A stretch of 64,000 bases of DNA, taken from NCBI GenBank assembly GCA_052035405.1, contig JBPOHQ010000003.1:5878-69877 (forward strand). The letters are read 5' to 3'. The notes beneath the pieces were generated by a model. It saw nothing but the letters and a program-made list of their open reading frames with translations, was not told the origin of the DNA and did not search any database. Made by a program: the position numbers and the translations under genes. The DNA comes from Candidatus Nomurabacteria bacterium. Its GTDB lineage: Bacteria > Patescibacteriota > Minisyncoccia > Phycocordibacterales > UBA9973. This document shows, one piece after another, positions 27,513-37,724 of the stretch; the stretch's first letter is position 1; every line of letters begins with the position of its first letter.

Positions 27513-29075
27513 ATGAGGAAAATTCTCGCCTTCACATTCATGCTGCTTTTCACGCAGCACTTTTCTTTTACAAATAATCCTTCCGCTTTTAATTCACCCC
27601 CATTTGCAGATACTGTATCGACCAAACCTCTATTTGTCCCCGTTATTGTAGAAGCCCTCATCGTGGCCTACGAAGCTGTTGAAGCTTCCTTGGCGGTCGA
27701 AGCAGTGGCTACAGCAGCTGCAGCCGGAGGTTCAGTAGCAGCCGGAGCTGGTACTACCACAGTGGTAGGTGCTGGACTTTCAGGTGCAACCGTTTCCATG
27801 GGTACGTGGGCAACAATTGGAACAGTTACCGCTATGGGTACAACCATCGGGGTTGAAGCCTGGATAATTAATTCGAATACTGCATATGCTGCTTACACGA
27901 CTAACTCAGAGTTCGCAGCCTTTATTGACGGGATATCAGACAACCTTTCAGAGGCAGGCTACCAAGTTGTGCGAAACAAGAACGGCACTGCAGTCGAAAT
28001 TCTCTTATGGGAGAAAGCGACTGGCGGTATTTATTGTTACAGTCTCATTTCCCATTTCTGGGAGTACATTACTCCTGGTGGTGAAAGAGTGTCACCGCGT
28101 GAAATTCCGAACTGCATTAAGGAAACAATCAAACCAATGGTGGTTTCGTTGCCAGACTGGGGGAATTCCTTGAGTGAAATTCGTGCAGCACTCAAGGCTG
28201 CAAAGGAAGGAACAGCAACTTTTGGTCAACTCAATCGGCTCGAGTTATTTGCTGATCCAACCCGTACATGTGCGGGGGATGATGAGTGTAGTGAATTAAG
28301 AGGGGAGGTGAGAGAGTTTTTCCAAAGCCTCGAAGAAGAACCTGAACATCTGGATTCTTCCTTTTTAGGAAAGATCGATGCAGAAATATTCATAACAAAC
28401 TCATCAACAATGAGTGACGATGAGTTGGTACAAGAAGTGTGGAATAATCGTGCCTTGATGGCATCACCAAGTCACATGCAAGCAGTTATTAAAAACTGCG
28501 GACGAGATGGCACAGGTAGTATAGCCTGTACTATGTTGCAGGAGTTATATAGAGACTATTTTCTTGTTGAATTACCAGTTTTAAGGACTGGTCAAAAAGA
28601 AAACAGAACCCTACGGGGTTTAATGAAGGAATATAGAATAACAGTAATGTTATTCTATAAACTGCAGAAGAAACATGCGGGAATAGGAAAAATTCAAGAC
28701 ACTGATAAAGTTTTTGCCCTGGGACGAAACTACTTTATCAGTCTTTTGGAGCGAAAGGCTATACCTAAACGAGAGTTTTTGCAACTTCAAATGACCCTTG
28801 CGGTCTATGGCTACCCTATCGAAGAATGGGTAGCCAATGGTCAAAAAACCGTTGAAAGCGAAGGGATTGAAGTTTTGGGTTTGAGTGATAATGAAAATAC
28901 TGTTCTCAAACAGAAAAATTATGGAGATATATTTTCTATAATGAAATTCATTCGAGCACAGAAGGGCTTCAAATGGAAGGAAAAACTGAGCCAACAAATT
29001 GGCTCAGATTTGGTTGATAGAATTGTGGAACAACTAACTAAGTTGGGCTATGGGCCACAATTAGAAGAAGAATAA
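27513..29075 (+). CDS. Secreted/membrane-associated hypothetical protein, compositionally atypical (GC-rich)
   Basis: Signal peptide, then an Ala/Gly/Val/Thr-rich hydrophobic stretch, then a ~400-aa globular region with no recognised motifs. Local GC visibly higher than neighbours. Confidence 0.6.
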   Translation: MRKILAFTFMLLFTQHFSFTNNPSAFNSPPFADTVSTKPLFVPVIVEALIVAYEAVEASLAVEAVATAAAAGGSVAAGAGTTTVVGAGLSGATVSMGTWATIGTVTAMGTTIGVEAWIINSNTAYAAYTTNSEFAAFIDGISDNLSEAGYQVVRNKNGTAVEILLWEKATGGIYCYSLISHFWEYITPGGERVSPREIPNCIKETIKPMVVSLPDWGNSLSEIRAALKAAKEGTATFGQLNRLELFADPTRTCAGDDECSELRGEVREFFQSLEEEPEHLDSSFLGKIDAEIFITNSSTMSDDELVQEVWNNRALMASPSHMQAVIKNCGRDGTGSIACTMLQELYRDYFLVELPVLRTGQKENRTLRGLMKEYRITVMLFYKLQKKHAGIGKIQDTDKVFALGRNYFISLLERKAIPKREFLQLQMTLAVYGYPIEEWVANGQKTVESEGIEVLGLSDNENTVLKQKNYGDIFSIMKFIRAQKGFKWKEKLSQQIGSDLVDRIVEQLTKLGYGPQLEEE

Positions 29076-29081
29076 AATTTA

Positions 29082-29128
29082 CCCCCACAAAGAGAAATAA
29101 CACTGTCTCTCTTTGTGGGTTTTTTATT
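29082..29128 (+). terminator. Rho-independent terminator
   Basis: cccacaaagaga...tctctttgtggg + T6. Confidence 0.7.
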
Positions 29129-29305
29129 TTCATTCTATAGATTTTTTAAAAATTTGACAATTTTATATAATAATGCTACTCTAAAAACATCATTCTCACT
29201 TCTGCCTCTTTGGCAGACTAACTTATTTATAACGAGACTGACGATTGTGGAAATCATCTATGACTTTGGTGTCTGGAGATAGATATCCATGACACAAAGA
29301 AATAT

Positions 29306-30664
29306 ATGATGAAAACACGCAGTTTCGTGCGTGGAGCTTCGGCTTCTACTCGCACAGCTTCTAGTAGTTCTACTGGAGGTCCTAGAAAATCTTTTTCTAG
29401 AGGTCCTGCTCCAACAGGAGCACGACCAGCTTATAAAGGAGGAGGATCAGCTCATGCAGCTAATTTTTCTCGTAATTCAAAACCAAGTTTTGGTGGCGGA
29501 TTTAGGGGGAGGAGAGGATCTTTTAATAAACGTCCAAGTAAAAAGGGGCGTAGTACAGGCGAGCGCATAGATTATTCTCGTTTTATCCAAAAAGCAGTAC
29601 ATATAGAAGAAAAGCCCTATATTGCAAACCATGCATTTACTGATTTCCCATTCAATGAACAACTTCAGAAAAATATTGTGAACGCAGGGTACATTGCTCC
29701 GCGTCCTATTCAAGACCAGTCTATTCCTTCAACGCTCGCCGGCAAGGATGTATTTGGCTTGGCTAATACAGGCACAGGCAAGACCGCTGCATTTCTCTTG
29801 CCACTTATAAACAAAGTGATGGCAGATAAAACAGAGAAGGTTATCATTCTTGCACCAACTCGAGAGCTTGCTATGCAGATTGAAGAAGAGCTTCGTACTC
29901 TCGCTCGGGGGTCCAAGCTGTTTGGTGTAGCAGTGGTGGGGGGTATGCCCATTAATAAGCAGATCAATGAAATCGAACGAGGAGTATCTTTTGTTATCGG
30001 TACACCAGGACGAGTAACTGATCTTATTAAACGTAAGGTTCTTGACCTTTCAGGTTACAAATCTGTCGTCCTTGATGAGGCTGATCGAATGCTCGATATG
30101 GGATTTATTGATGACATGGTCTTTATTCTCGGTAAAATGCATGCTGATCGACAGACACTGTTTTTCTCAGCGACACTTTCACCTGAGATAAAAAAGCTTA
30201 CAGATAAGTTTTTGAAAAACCCAACTTTTATTTCCGTTATCTCTGGAGCAACATCTAAAAATGTAGATCAAGATATCATTAAGATCAAAACTAAAGAAGA
30301 AAAAATAGAAAGACTACACGAAGTGCTTTCAGGCGACAAGGTGAACAAGGTGCTCATTTTCCGTGAGATGAAACATGCTGTAGACGATCTTGTTAAAGAT
30401 CTTGTAAAAAGAGGCTTCAAGGTGGGTGGTATTCATGGAGACAAGCGTAGTCGCGAGCGTATTCGCATTCTAGAGTCCTTCAAGAAGGATCATATTACAA
30501 TACTCATTGCCACAGATGTCGCTGCACGAGGACTAGATATTCCAGATGTGACCCATGTCATCAACTACGATGTTCCACAAACGTATGACACATACGTGCA
30601 TCGTATAGGCCGTACTGGCCGTGCAGGTAAGAAGGGAACAGCTCTTACATTTGTTCCAGCGTAA
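29306..30664 (+). CDS. DEAD-box ATP-dependent RNA helicase with N-terminal R/G/S-rich disordered extension
   Basis: Q-motif, AxTGTGKT, PTRELA, DEAD (VLDEADRMLDMGF), SAT, HRIGRTGRAG. Confidence 0.9.
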   Translation: MMKTRSFVRGASASTRTASSSSTGGPRKSFSRGPAPTGARPAYKGGGSAHAANFSRNSKPSFGGGFRGRRGSFNKRPSKKGRSTGERIDYSRFIQKAVHIEEKPYIANHAFTDFPFNEQLQKNIVNAGYIAPRPIQDQSIPSTLAGKDVFGLANTGTGKTAAFLLPLINKVMADKTEKVIILAPTRELAMQIEEELRTLARGSKLFGVAVVGGMPINKQINEIERGVSFVIGTPGRVTDLIKRKVLDLSGYKSVVLDEADRMLDMGFIDDMVFILGKMHADRQTLFFSATLSPEIKKLTDKFLKNPTFISVISGATSKNVDQDIIKIKTKEEKIERLHEVLSGDKVNKVLIFREMKHAVDDLVKDLVKRGFKVGGIHGDKRSRERIRILESFKKDHITILIATDVAARGLDIPDVTHVINYDVPQTYDTYVHRIGRTGRAGKKGTALTFVPA

Positions 30665-30666
30665 AA

Positions 30667-30882
30667 TTGGAGTATAATGGATCTATGTTTGGACACAATA
30701 AACAACCAAGTGGACCTGAAAAATTAAAACCAAAAAAATCAGAGAAAAAAGAGAGACCTTCATACTTAAATGAAGAAGAGAAGTCTACTTTCTTTGAAGG
30801 CGAATTAGGACCTTTAGAAAAAGAAAGGCTTGAAAAAGAAGAGGATATACAGAGACAATTGGAAGATTTCTCTAAAATGTAA
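30667..30882 (+). CDS. Small highly charged (K/E-rich) hypothetical protein
   Basis: Begins 3 nt after the helicase stop and is followed by a terminator. Low-complexity sequence. Confidence 0.35.
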   Translation: MEYNGSMFGHNKQPSGPEKLKPKKSEKKERPSYLNEEEKSTFFEGELGPLEKERLEKEEDIQRQLEDFSKM

Positions 30883-30884
30883 AT

Positions 30885-30922
30885 CAAAAAAACACCCAGA
30901 TAATTCACGGGTGTTTTTTTTG
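30885..30922 (+). terminator. Rho-independent terminator
   Basis: cacccagataattcacgggtg + T8. Confidence 0.7.
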
Positions 30923-30954
30923 ATTATTATTATCTGTAGTGTTAGAATATTTGT

Positions 30955-33900
30955 ATGATTAAAATTAAAAAGTTGTTCGCATTATTAGTTCCGGTTGCAG
31001 TAGCAGCTGGTATTTTTTTATCAACCTCTCCAGTCGAAGCTGTTTTTGTTCCTTTTGTAACTACTTGGCAAACAAATAATCCAGGTACTTCGAATAGTAC
31101 TTCCATTACTATCCCTACTACTGGTAGCGGATACAATTATGATGTCGACTGGAATAATGATGGAACCTTCGATCAGTTTGGAATTACAGGAAATGTAACT
31201 CATAACTATGGTACAGCGGGTACATACACTGTAGCTATCCGAGGAGATTTTCCTAGAATTTATTTTAACAACGGGGGTGATAGATTAAAATTGCTCTCTG
31301 TAGATCAATGGGGAGATGTTGCATGGGATAGCATGAGTTATGCTTTTGCGGGTTGTTCAAATGTATCTATTTTAGCTACTGACGCACCGGATCTTTCAAA
31401 TGTTTCTGATATGAGTGGTATGTTTAGTGGTGCTACATACATGAATCAAGATATATCATCTTGGGACGTGTCTACTGTAATAGATATGAATCATATGTTT
31501 GCATATGCTACACACTTCAATCAGCCTTTAAATTCTTGGAACGTAAGTAATGTAACTGATATGTCTTCTATGTTTTATCAAGCTACCGCTTTTAATCAAG
31601 ACTTATCTTCTTGGAGTGTTATTAATGTTACAAATATGGATGGAATGTTCCGAAATGCTGCTGCTTTCAATCAGCCTTTAAATTCTTGGAGTGTTGGTAA
31701 TATAACTAATATGAGTAGTATGTTTTATGGTGCTACTTCATTTAACCAAGATATCTCTTCTTGGAATGTGAAAAATGTCACAGATATGTCTTGGATGTTT
31801 GCTAGTGCTACTTCATTTAACCAAGATATCTCTATTTGGCCTATTGTAAGTACAACAAACATGTCATTCATGTTTAATTTTGCTACTGCATTTAACCAGC
31901 CTATCGGTATTTGGGATGTTACAAGCGTCACCAATATGGCTGGTATGTTCACGAGTGCTACCGCTTTTAATCAAGACATAACTTCTTGGAATGTCAGCAA
32001 TGTGACCAACATGAACAACATGTTCCAAAATGCTACATCTTTCAACCAAAACCTATCTTCATGGGATGTGTCTAATGTTACGAGTATGACTGGTATGTTT
32101 ACTGGAATTGCTCTTTCTACTCCAAACTATGATGCAATTCTTGCTGCATGGTCTGCACTTACACTTCAAAATAATGTTACTTTTGGTGGAGGAAATAGCG
32201 TTTATTGTGCTTCCGCTGTAGAACGTGCAAGTATTATAAGTACTTATGGTTGGACTATTACTGATGGTGGAGTGTGTTCTTCATTTATTACTACATGGAG
32301 AACGAATCTTCCTGGTACATCAAATAGTACTTCTATTACTATTCCTACTACAGGCACTGGATATGATTATGATGTAGATTGGAACAATGATGGAACCTTT
32401 GATCAATTTGGAATCACTGGAGACGTAACTCATGATTTTGGTACAGCAGGTACGTACACAATCCGAATAAGGGGCTTGTTTCCAAGAATATTTTTTGGTT
32501 CTTACATTGATGAGCAAAAAATACTTTCTGTAGATCAGTGGGGAGGTATCGAATGGGCAAGCATGGAGTCTGCGTTTACTGGAACAACTAATCTTGAAAT
32601 AACAGCCACCGATGCACCAAATCTTTCGAATGTAACTGATATGAGTAATATGTTTCGTGAAGCAACATCAATGAATTCTCCCCTTAATTCATGGGATGTA
32701 AGCAATGTAACCAATATGGAAGCAATGTTTAATGGAGCTGTTGCCTTTAATCAATCCTTATCTTCATGGGATGTAAGCAATGTGATCAATATGCAAACTA
32801 TGTTTTTACATGCAACTTCGTTTAATGGGAATGTTTCCTCTTGGGATGTTTCTAGTGTAACAACCATGAATCATATGTTTGCATATGACGTTGCTTTCAA
32901 CCAAGATATCTCTTCTTGGAATGTTGCAAACGTAACAGACATGGCAGGGATGTTTCAAGGTGCACCTTATTTCAACCAAGATATCTCTTCTTGGAATGTT
33001 GCAAACGTAACAGACATGTCTGGTATGTTTGCTGGAGGCATTGCTTTCAACCAAGATATCTCTTCTTGGAATGTTGGTAGTGCAATAAATATGAGTAGTA
33101 TGTTTTATGGTGCTACTGCATTTAACCAACCTCTTAATTCTTGGGATGTGGCAGATGTAATAAATATGCAAAGTATGTTTGCCCAAGCTACTTCATTTAA
33201 TCAGACACTCAGCTCTTGGAATGTTGCAAGTCTGATGAATACGTCATATATGTTCTATTATGCAACCGCTTTTAACCAAGATATCTCTTCTTGGAATGTT
33301 GCAAATGTAACAAATATGCAAGGTATGTTTTCTCACGCTACTTCATTTAATCAACCATTAAACGTTTGGAGTGTGGCTAATGTAACAGACATGTCACACA
33401 TGTTTGACGGAGCTACAATTTTCAATCAACCCCTCAACTCCTGGAACGTTAAAAGTGTCACTGATATGGCTTTCATGTTTCAATCTGCCAATGCGTTTAA
33501 CCAACCTCTTAATTCTTGGAACGTCAGTAGTGTAACAAACATGAACAGTATGTTTTTCAGTTCTTCTTTTGATCAGAATGTTTCAACATGGAATGTCTCA
33601 AATGTAGAAAATATGGCTTTTATGTTTAGTCATTTATCTACTCCAAACTATGATGCACTTTTGATTGGTTGGTCTGCTATTTCACTTCAAACAAATGTAA
33701 TATTTAGTGCTGGAGACAGTAAATACTGTACTGCGGTTTCAGCAAGAACACATATTGTAGGTAGTTATACTTGGACTATTACTGATGGAGGGTATATAGA
33801 TTGCGAGTCGTTCATTACTACATGGAAGACTAATAATCCAGGAACCTCAAATAGTACTTCTATCACTATCCCTACTACAGGCACTGGATATAATTATAGT

Positions 33901-34611
33901 GTTGACTGGAATAATGATGGAACCTTTGACCAATCTGGAATTACCGGTGATGTAACTCACAACTTCGGTACAGCAGGAACTTACACAATTCGCATACAAG
34001 GAACTTTCCCTAGAATATATTTCAATAACAGCGGAGATAGAAAAAAAATTCTTACTGTTGATCAGTGGGGAAGTGTATCATGGAGCAGCATGCAAGATGC
34101 TTTTTATGGTTGTGAAAATTTAACTATAACAGCTACAGATACTCCAGATTTATCTAGTGTTACTAGTTTAAATGGTATGTTCCAAAATGCTAGTTCTATG
34201 AATTCACCACTTAACTCTTGGAATGTAAGCAGTATTACTGATATGTCAAAGATGTTTTATAAAGCGACTTCTTTCAACCAACCACTTAACTCTTGGAATG
34301 TAAGCAATGTTACAAAGACAAACAGTATGTTTGATGGTGCATCTGCTTTTAACCAAAACCTATCATCTTGGGATGTTTCAAATGTAGAGAATGCATCTCT
34401 TATGTTTGCAGATGTTATACTTTCCACTACAAATTATGACGCCTTGCTTATTGGTTGGTCTGCCCTTACTCTAACATCCAATGTTGTTTTTAGTGGAGGA
34501 GGTAGTATGTATTGTAATGCATCTTCACAGCGAGCAAGCATAATTAGTATATTTAATTGGACTATTACTGATGGAGGCTATGGGTGTGCGAGACCAGCAG
34601 GTAAAAAATAA
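30955..34611 (+). CDS. Giant secreted surface protein made of DUF285-type repeats (BspA/Mycoplasma-type ~26-residue repeats), three tandem modules
   Basis: Signal peptide. Repeating unit S.MF..A..FNQ(D/P)(I/L)SSW(D/N)VSNVT.M, >30 copies. Modules begin [22 protein letters not shown] and end WTITDGG, at nt 31054, 32284 and 33811. Confidence 0.8.
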   Translation: MIKIKKLFALLVPVAVAAGIFLSTSPVEAVFVPFVTTWQTNNPGTSNSTSITIPTTGSGYNYDVDWNNDGTFDQFGITGNVTHNYGTAGTYTVAIRGDFPRIYFNNGGDRLKLLSVDQWGDVAWDSMSYAFAGCSNVSILATDAPDLSNVSDMSGMFSGATYMNQDISSWDVSTVIDMNHMFAYATHFNQPLNSWNVSNVTDMSSMFYQATAFNQDLSSWSVINVTNMDGMFRNAAAFNQPLNSWSVGNITNMSSMFYGATSFNQDISSWNVKNVTDMSWMFASATSFNQDISIWPIVSTTNMSFMFNFATAFNQPIGIWDVTSVTNMAGMFTSATAFNQDITSWNVSNVTNMNNMFQNATSFNQNLSSWDVSNVTSMTGMFTGIALSTPNYDAILAAWSALTLQNNVTFGGGNSVYCASAVERASIISTYGWTITDGGVCSSFITTWRTNLPGTSNSTSITIPTTGTGYDYDVDWNNDGTFDQFGITGDVTHDFGTAGTYTIRIRGLFPRIFFGSYIDEQKILSVDQWGGIEWASMESAFTGTTNLEITATDAPNLSNVTDMSNMFREATSMNSPLNSWDVSNVTNMEAMFNGAVAFNQSLSSWDVSNVINMQTMFLHATSFNGNVSSWDVSSVTTMNHMFAYDVAFNQDISSWNVANVTDMAGMFQGAPYFNQDISSWNVANVTDMSGMFAGGIAFNQDISSWNVGSAINMSSMFYGATAFNQPLNSWDVADVINMQSMFAQATSFNQTLSSWNVASLMNTSYMFYYATAFNQDISSWNVANVTNMQGMFSHATSFNQPLNVWSVANVTDMSHMFDGATIFNQPLNSWNVKSVTDMAFMFQSANAFNQPLNSWNVSSVTNMNSMFFSSSFDQNVSTWNVSNVENMAFMFSHLSTPNYDALLIGWSAISLQTNVIFSAGDSKYCTAVSARTHIVGSYTWTITDGGYIDCESFITTWKTNNPGTSNSTSITIPTTGTGYNYSVDWNNDGTFDQSGITGDVTHNFGTAGTYTIRIQGTFPRIYFNNSGDRKKILTVDQWGSVSWSSMQDAFYGCENLTITATDTPDLSSVTSLNGMFQNASSMNSPLNSWNVSSITDMSKMFYKATSFNQPLNSWNVSNVTKTNSMFDGASAFNQNLSSWDVSNVENASLMFADVILSTTNYDALLIGWSALTLTSNVVFSGGGSMYCNASSQRASIISIFNWTITDGGYGCARPAGKK

Positions 34612-34623
34612 ATAAATTAATAA

Positions 34624-34666
34624 ACAAAAACCACCCTTCTACAAGCTCAGGGTGGTTTTTGTTTAT
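34624..34666. terminator. Bidirectional terminator
   Basis: aaaaaccacccttctacaagctcagggtggtttttg between the convergent DUF285 gene and rpmB. Confidence 0.7.
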
Positions 34667-34675
34667 TTCTTAAAT

Positions 34676-34924
34676 TTAAGCCTTGATAAGTCCAGCCTTA
34701 AGGAGAGTAGTATATGCACCATTTTTCTTAATAGTCTTAAGTCCTCGTGCAGATACTTGGATAGCTACAGTCTTGCCTAATTCAGGCACAAATACTCGCT
34801 TCTTCTGAAGATTAAGGTGTTTTCGTACTTTTCCAGTAGGGTTAAATTTTGTAGCACGAGTACGGTTTGAGTATCCGCCACCCACCACTGAAGTCTTTTT
34901 AGTTATTACACATGTTTTCGCCAT
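34676..34924 (-). CDS. rpmB: 50S ribosomal protein L28
   Basis: MAKTCVITKKTSVVGGGYSNRTRATKFNPTGKVRKHLNLQKKRVFVPE. Confidence 0.88.
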   Translation of the reverse strand: MAKTCVITKKTSVVGGGYSNRTRATKFNPTGKVRKHLNLQKKRVFVPELGKTVAIQVSARGLKTIKKNGAYTTLLKAGLIKA

Positions 34925-34952
34925 AGTTTTTTCATGCTATCATAGAACTCGT

Positions 34953-35567
34953 ATGAACGCAATAGATGCAATATTTTATATAGCCGTACTTATCATGTCT
35001 GTGGTCATTCACGAAGTCTCTCATGGCTTTATGGCTCTCTATTATGGAGATACTACTGCAAAAGATTCTGGAAGACTCACGGTGAATCCATTAGTGCATT
35101 TAGACCTTTTCGGTTCTGTGCTCTTGCCTGCATTTCTCTATTTCACAACAGGCTTTGCTTTTGGATGGGCGAAACCCGTCCCGTATAATCCAGATAACTT
35201 ACGAGACAGAAAGTGGGGGACTATCTGGGTGGCCGCAGCGGGGATACTTGCGAATCTTTTTATTGCAGTGCTGTTTGGGCTTATTCTTCGTTTTTCTTTT
35301 GGATATGCAGTACCAGAAAAGTTTATCACCATAGTGTCCTCAATCGTTTTTATTAACCTTGCCCTTGCTCTCTTTAACCTGGTCCCTATTCCGCCACTTG
35401 ATGGTTCAAAGATTTTCTTTAATTTACTTCCAAGTAGTTTTTATAGAGCAATTTCATTTATAGAACAGTATTCTTTGATCTTTCTCATTGTGTTTATCGC
35501 ATTCTTTTCTGACTACTTAGCCATACCGCTACTCTTCTTGTTCAGATTAATTACTGGTGTTCAGTAA
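34953..35567 (+). CDS. Site-2 protease family (peptidase M50) intramembrane zinc metalloprotease
   Basis: HEVSH (HExxH) in TM1, NLVPIPPLDGSKI (LDG motif). Multi-TM. Confidence 0.7.
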   Translation: MNAIDAIFYIAVLIMSVVIHEVSHGFMALYYGDTTAKDSGRLTVNPLVHLDLFGSVLLPAFLYFTTGFAFGWAKPVPYNPDNLRDRKWGTIWVAAAGILANLFIAVLFGLILRFSFGYAVPEKFITIVSSIVFINLALALFNLVPIPPLDGSKIFFNLLPSSFYRAISFIEQYSLIFLIVFIAFFSDYLAIPLLFLFRLITGVQ

Positions 35568-35681
35568 TTAATCTTTTATATATATTTGCTTTTTTTTAAG
35601 ACTTGTAGTAGATTATCTCTGTGTCCCTTTAAGAGTCTACGGACTCTTTTATCTTATTTATTACCAAGGGTCCAAAACGTA

Positions 35682-36110
35682 ATGCCAACAATTAATCAAT
35701 TAGTAAAAAGAAATAGAGTAAACACACGCCGCAAGTCAAAGACTGTGGCTCTTGCACGTAGTTTTAATACACTCAAGAACAAGCCAGTATTTAATGCTTC
35801 TCCTTTCAAGAGAGGTGTTTGTACAAAAGTTACTACAACCACCCCAAAGAAACCTAACTCAGCTCTCCGAAAGATTGCTCGTGTTCGTTTGACTAATGGT
35901 ATGGAGGTAACCGCATATATCCCAGGAGAAGGACACAACTTACAAGAACACTCAGTGGTCATGCTCCGTGGAGGACGTGTTAAAGACCTTATTGGAGTAC
36001 GATACCATATCGTTCGTGGTGTTCTCGATACACAAGGAGTTGAAAAGAGAAGACAAGGCCGCTCACTATACGGAAACAAGAAACCTAAAGCAGGGGACAA
36101 GAAGAAATAA
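35682..36110 (+). CDS. rpsL: 30S ribosomal protein S12 (start corrected to MPTINQL)
   Basis: [12 protein letters not shown]...[10 protein letters not shown]...[17 protein letters not shown]. The ORF-track start 35586 is an upstream extension. Confidence 0.92.
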   Translation: MPTINQLVKRNRVNTRRKSKTVALARSFNTLKNKPVFNASPFKRGVCTKVTTTTPKKPNSALRKIARVRLTNGMEVTAYIPGEGHNLQEHSVVMLRGGRVKDLIGVRYHIVRGVLDTQGVEKRRQGRSLYGNKKPKAGDKKK

Positions 36111-36131
36111 GAATAAAATAATTTAAATCAT

Positions 36132-36602
36132 ATGCGAAGAAAAGTAAAAAATCGAAATATCGTAGCCCCTGACTTTAATTACAACTCTGTTAAACTAGAG
36201 AAGTTTATTAACTACGTCATGTGGTCTGGAAAGAAGGAAACTTCAAGAAAGATAGTCTATCAAGCTTTTGCTGTTATCACAGAGAAGACCGGTAACCCTA
36301 ATCCTCTTGAGATTTTTGACCTAGCAATGAAAAATGCAGGACCTCTTACCGAAGTACGTTCAAAGAGAATCGGAGGTGCAAACTACCAGGTTCCTCGTGA
36401 AGTTCGCCCGGAAAGAAGACTTGCTCTTGCTATGCGATGGATTAGAGACGCAGCTCGAAGTAAAAAGGGAAGTCCTATGCATATAAAGCTTGCTGATGAA
36501 TTAATTGCAGCATCAAAGAATGAAGGAGTTGCCATCAAGAAGAAAGAAGATACTCACAAGATGGCAGACGCAAACAAAGCTTTCGCACACTTCGCTTGGT
36601 AA
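36132..36602 (+). CDS. rpsG: 30S ribosomal protein S7
   Basis: MRRKVKNRNIVAPDF...KKETSRKIVYQAF...RIGGANYQVP. Confidence 0.92.
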   Translation: MRRKVKNRNIVAPDFNYNSVKLEKFINYVMWSGKKETSRKIVYQAFAVITEKTGNPNPLEIFDLAMKNAGPLTEVRSKRIGGANYQVPREVRPERRLALAMRWIRDAARSKKGSPMHIKLADELIAASKNEGVAIKKKEDTHKMADANKAFAHFAW

Positions 36603-36619
36603 AAATACATTGATATTTC

Positions 36620-36648
36620 AAAAAGCCCCTCGCGGGGCTTTTTATTTT
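36620..36648 (+). terminator. Rho-independent terminator after rpsG
   Basis: gcccctcgcggggc + TTTTTATTTT. Confidence 0.7.
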
Positions 36649-36679
36649 ATGCTATCCTTTTTTAAAGGTATAAATTTTT

Positions 36680-37576
36680 ATGGAAAAGCCAGGTTTTTTA
36701 AGAAAAATTTCAAATACAGCAGAAAAAATCAAAGATTATGGTTCTGGTCTTTTAAGAGTAGCAATGATTACTTTAGTATTGGAGTCATGTGGTCAAAAAG
36801 TTCCTGAATTATTCAAAGATTATGTTGCCAAGCATCCTACTGTTGAGTTAATGGCACAGGATCAGAGATCCTGGTTGATATCTTACGTTAAAAGTCCTAT
36901 GTATAAAGAAAGGTTGACTGACGAGATCATGGATTATGATCCTCAGATTGAAGATGTGGGTACGGTGGTTGACTCAATGATTCACGAGCGGATTGAGAAT
37001 ATAAACAGTGCTATATTAATAGAGGGTAATTTTACACAAGAAGATGTTGAAGCAGCATACGATCCAGATGATCATACTATTCACTATGACCGAGAGAAAA
37101 CGGGGCTTACAAAAATGGCACATGAGTTCACTCACAGTATTACGAGGGGCGGGAAAAAGATTTTGCCAAACGTGAGAAGAGATTTGTATCGTGCAACTTA
37201 TTCGAAGGAATTCGTTAATGAATTTCTCCTGTACGATAGAGATGTCGATAAATTATTGAGTGATGGTGTTAGTTATGCTAGAGATCCTGGAGAAATGAGT
37301 GCTCGAATCAATGAAGTTCGTTTCGCACTCCAAATACTTGGTAAATACGATCCAAGAACAGAATATTTTACTGAAGAGCACTATAATTTTTTGAAAGAGA
37401 ATTTTTATAAAATATTTCTGAAGTCTTTAGAAGGTGAATCCGGGGTTGAATATATTTTCCAGCACATATCAAAAGATGATTTCATTGAAATGATGAATAA
37501 ATTCGCTTCTCTAGATGGACCAAATACCATACCCAATACTTTCCAGATAGATGTTCATTGGGAAGCCGTCGCTTAA
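36680..37576 (+). CDS. Putative zincin-like metallopeptidase (HExxH) / lipoprotein-like hypothetical protein inserted between rpsG and fusA
   Basis: HEFTHSI motif. N-terminal hydrophobic segment ending LVLESCGQ (lipobox-like). No other recognised domain. Confidence 0.45.
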   Translation: MEKPGFLRKISNTAEKIKDYGSGLLRVAMITLVLESCGQKVPELFKDYVAKHPTVELMAQDQRSWLISYVKSPMYKERLTDEIMDYDPQIEDVGTVVDSMIHERIENINSAILIEGNFTQEDVEAAYDPDDHTIHYDREKTGLTKMAHEFTHSITRGGKKILPNVRRDLYRATYSKEFVNEFLLYDRDVDKLLSDGVSYARDPGEMSARINEVRFALQILGKYDPRTEYFTEEHYNFLKENFYKIFLKSLEGESGVEYIFQHISKDDFIEMMNKFASLDGPNTIPNTFQIDVHWEAVA

Positions 37577-37619
37577 TTTAATTATCCGAAGTATATTAGG
37601 CGATCCTATTTTGTTTAAT

Positions 37620-37648
37620 TTGCAAAAAGTATAATTCTCATGTATATT
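37620..37648 (+). promoter_or_regulatory. Sigma70-like promoter upstream of fusA (TTGCAA-17-TATATT)
   Basis: Consensus-like hexamers with 17-nt spacer. Immediately followed by hairpin agcgcacaaagcgct + T6 (37652-37675). Confidence 0.45.
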
Positions 37649-37724
37649 GTGCTTAGCGCACAAAGCGCTTTTTTGTTACTTAATTGAGGTTTTTATTATT
37701 ATAAATTATTAAATAAATATTTTT

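Noticed and set aside
31054-34608. Possibility that the periodic repeats are a CRISPR array or IS-element array
   Set aside because: Repeats are in-frame coding repeats (DUF285 units) of variable spacing and sequence inside one long ORF with signal peptide. No short identical direct repeats with unique spacers.
35696-36100. 134-aa minus-strand ORF antisense to rpsL
   Set aside because: Overlaps the highly conserved S12 gene. Arg/Pro-rich translation typical of antisense ribosomal-protein reading frames.
36505-36807. 100-aa ORF spanning the rpsG 3' end, its terminator and the start of the HExxH gene
   Set aside because: Reads through a strong intrinsic terminator and overlaps two better-supported genes in other frames.
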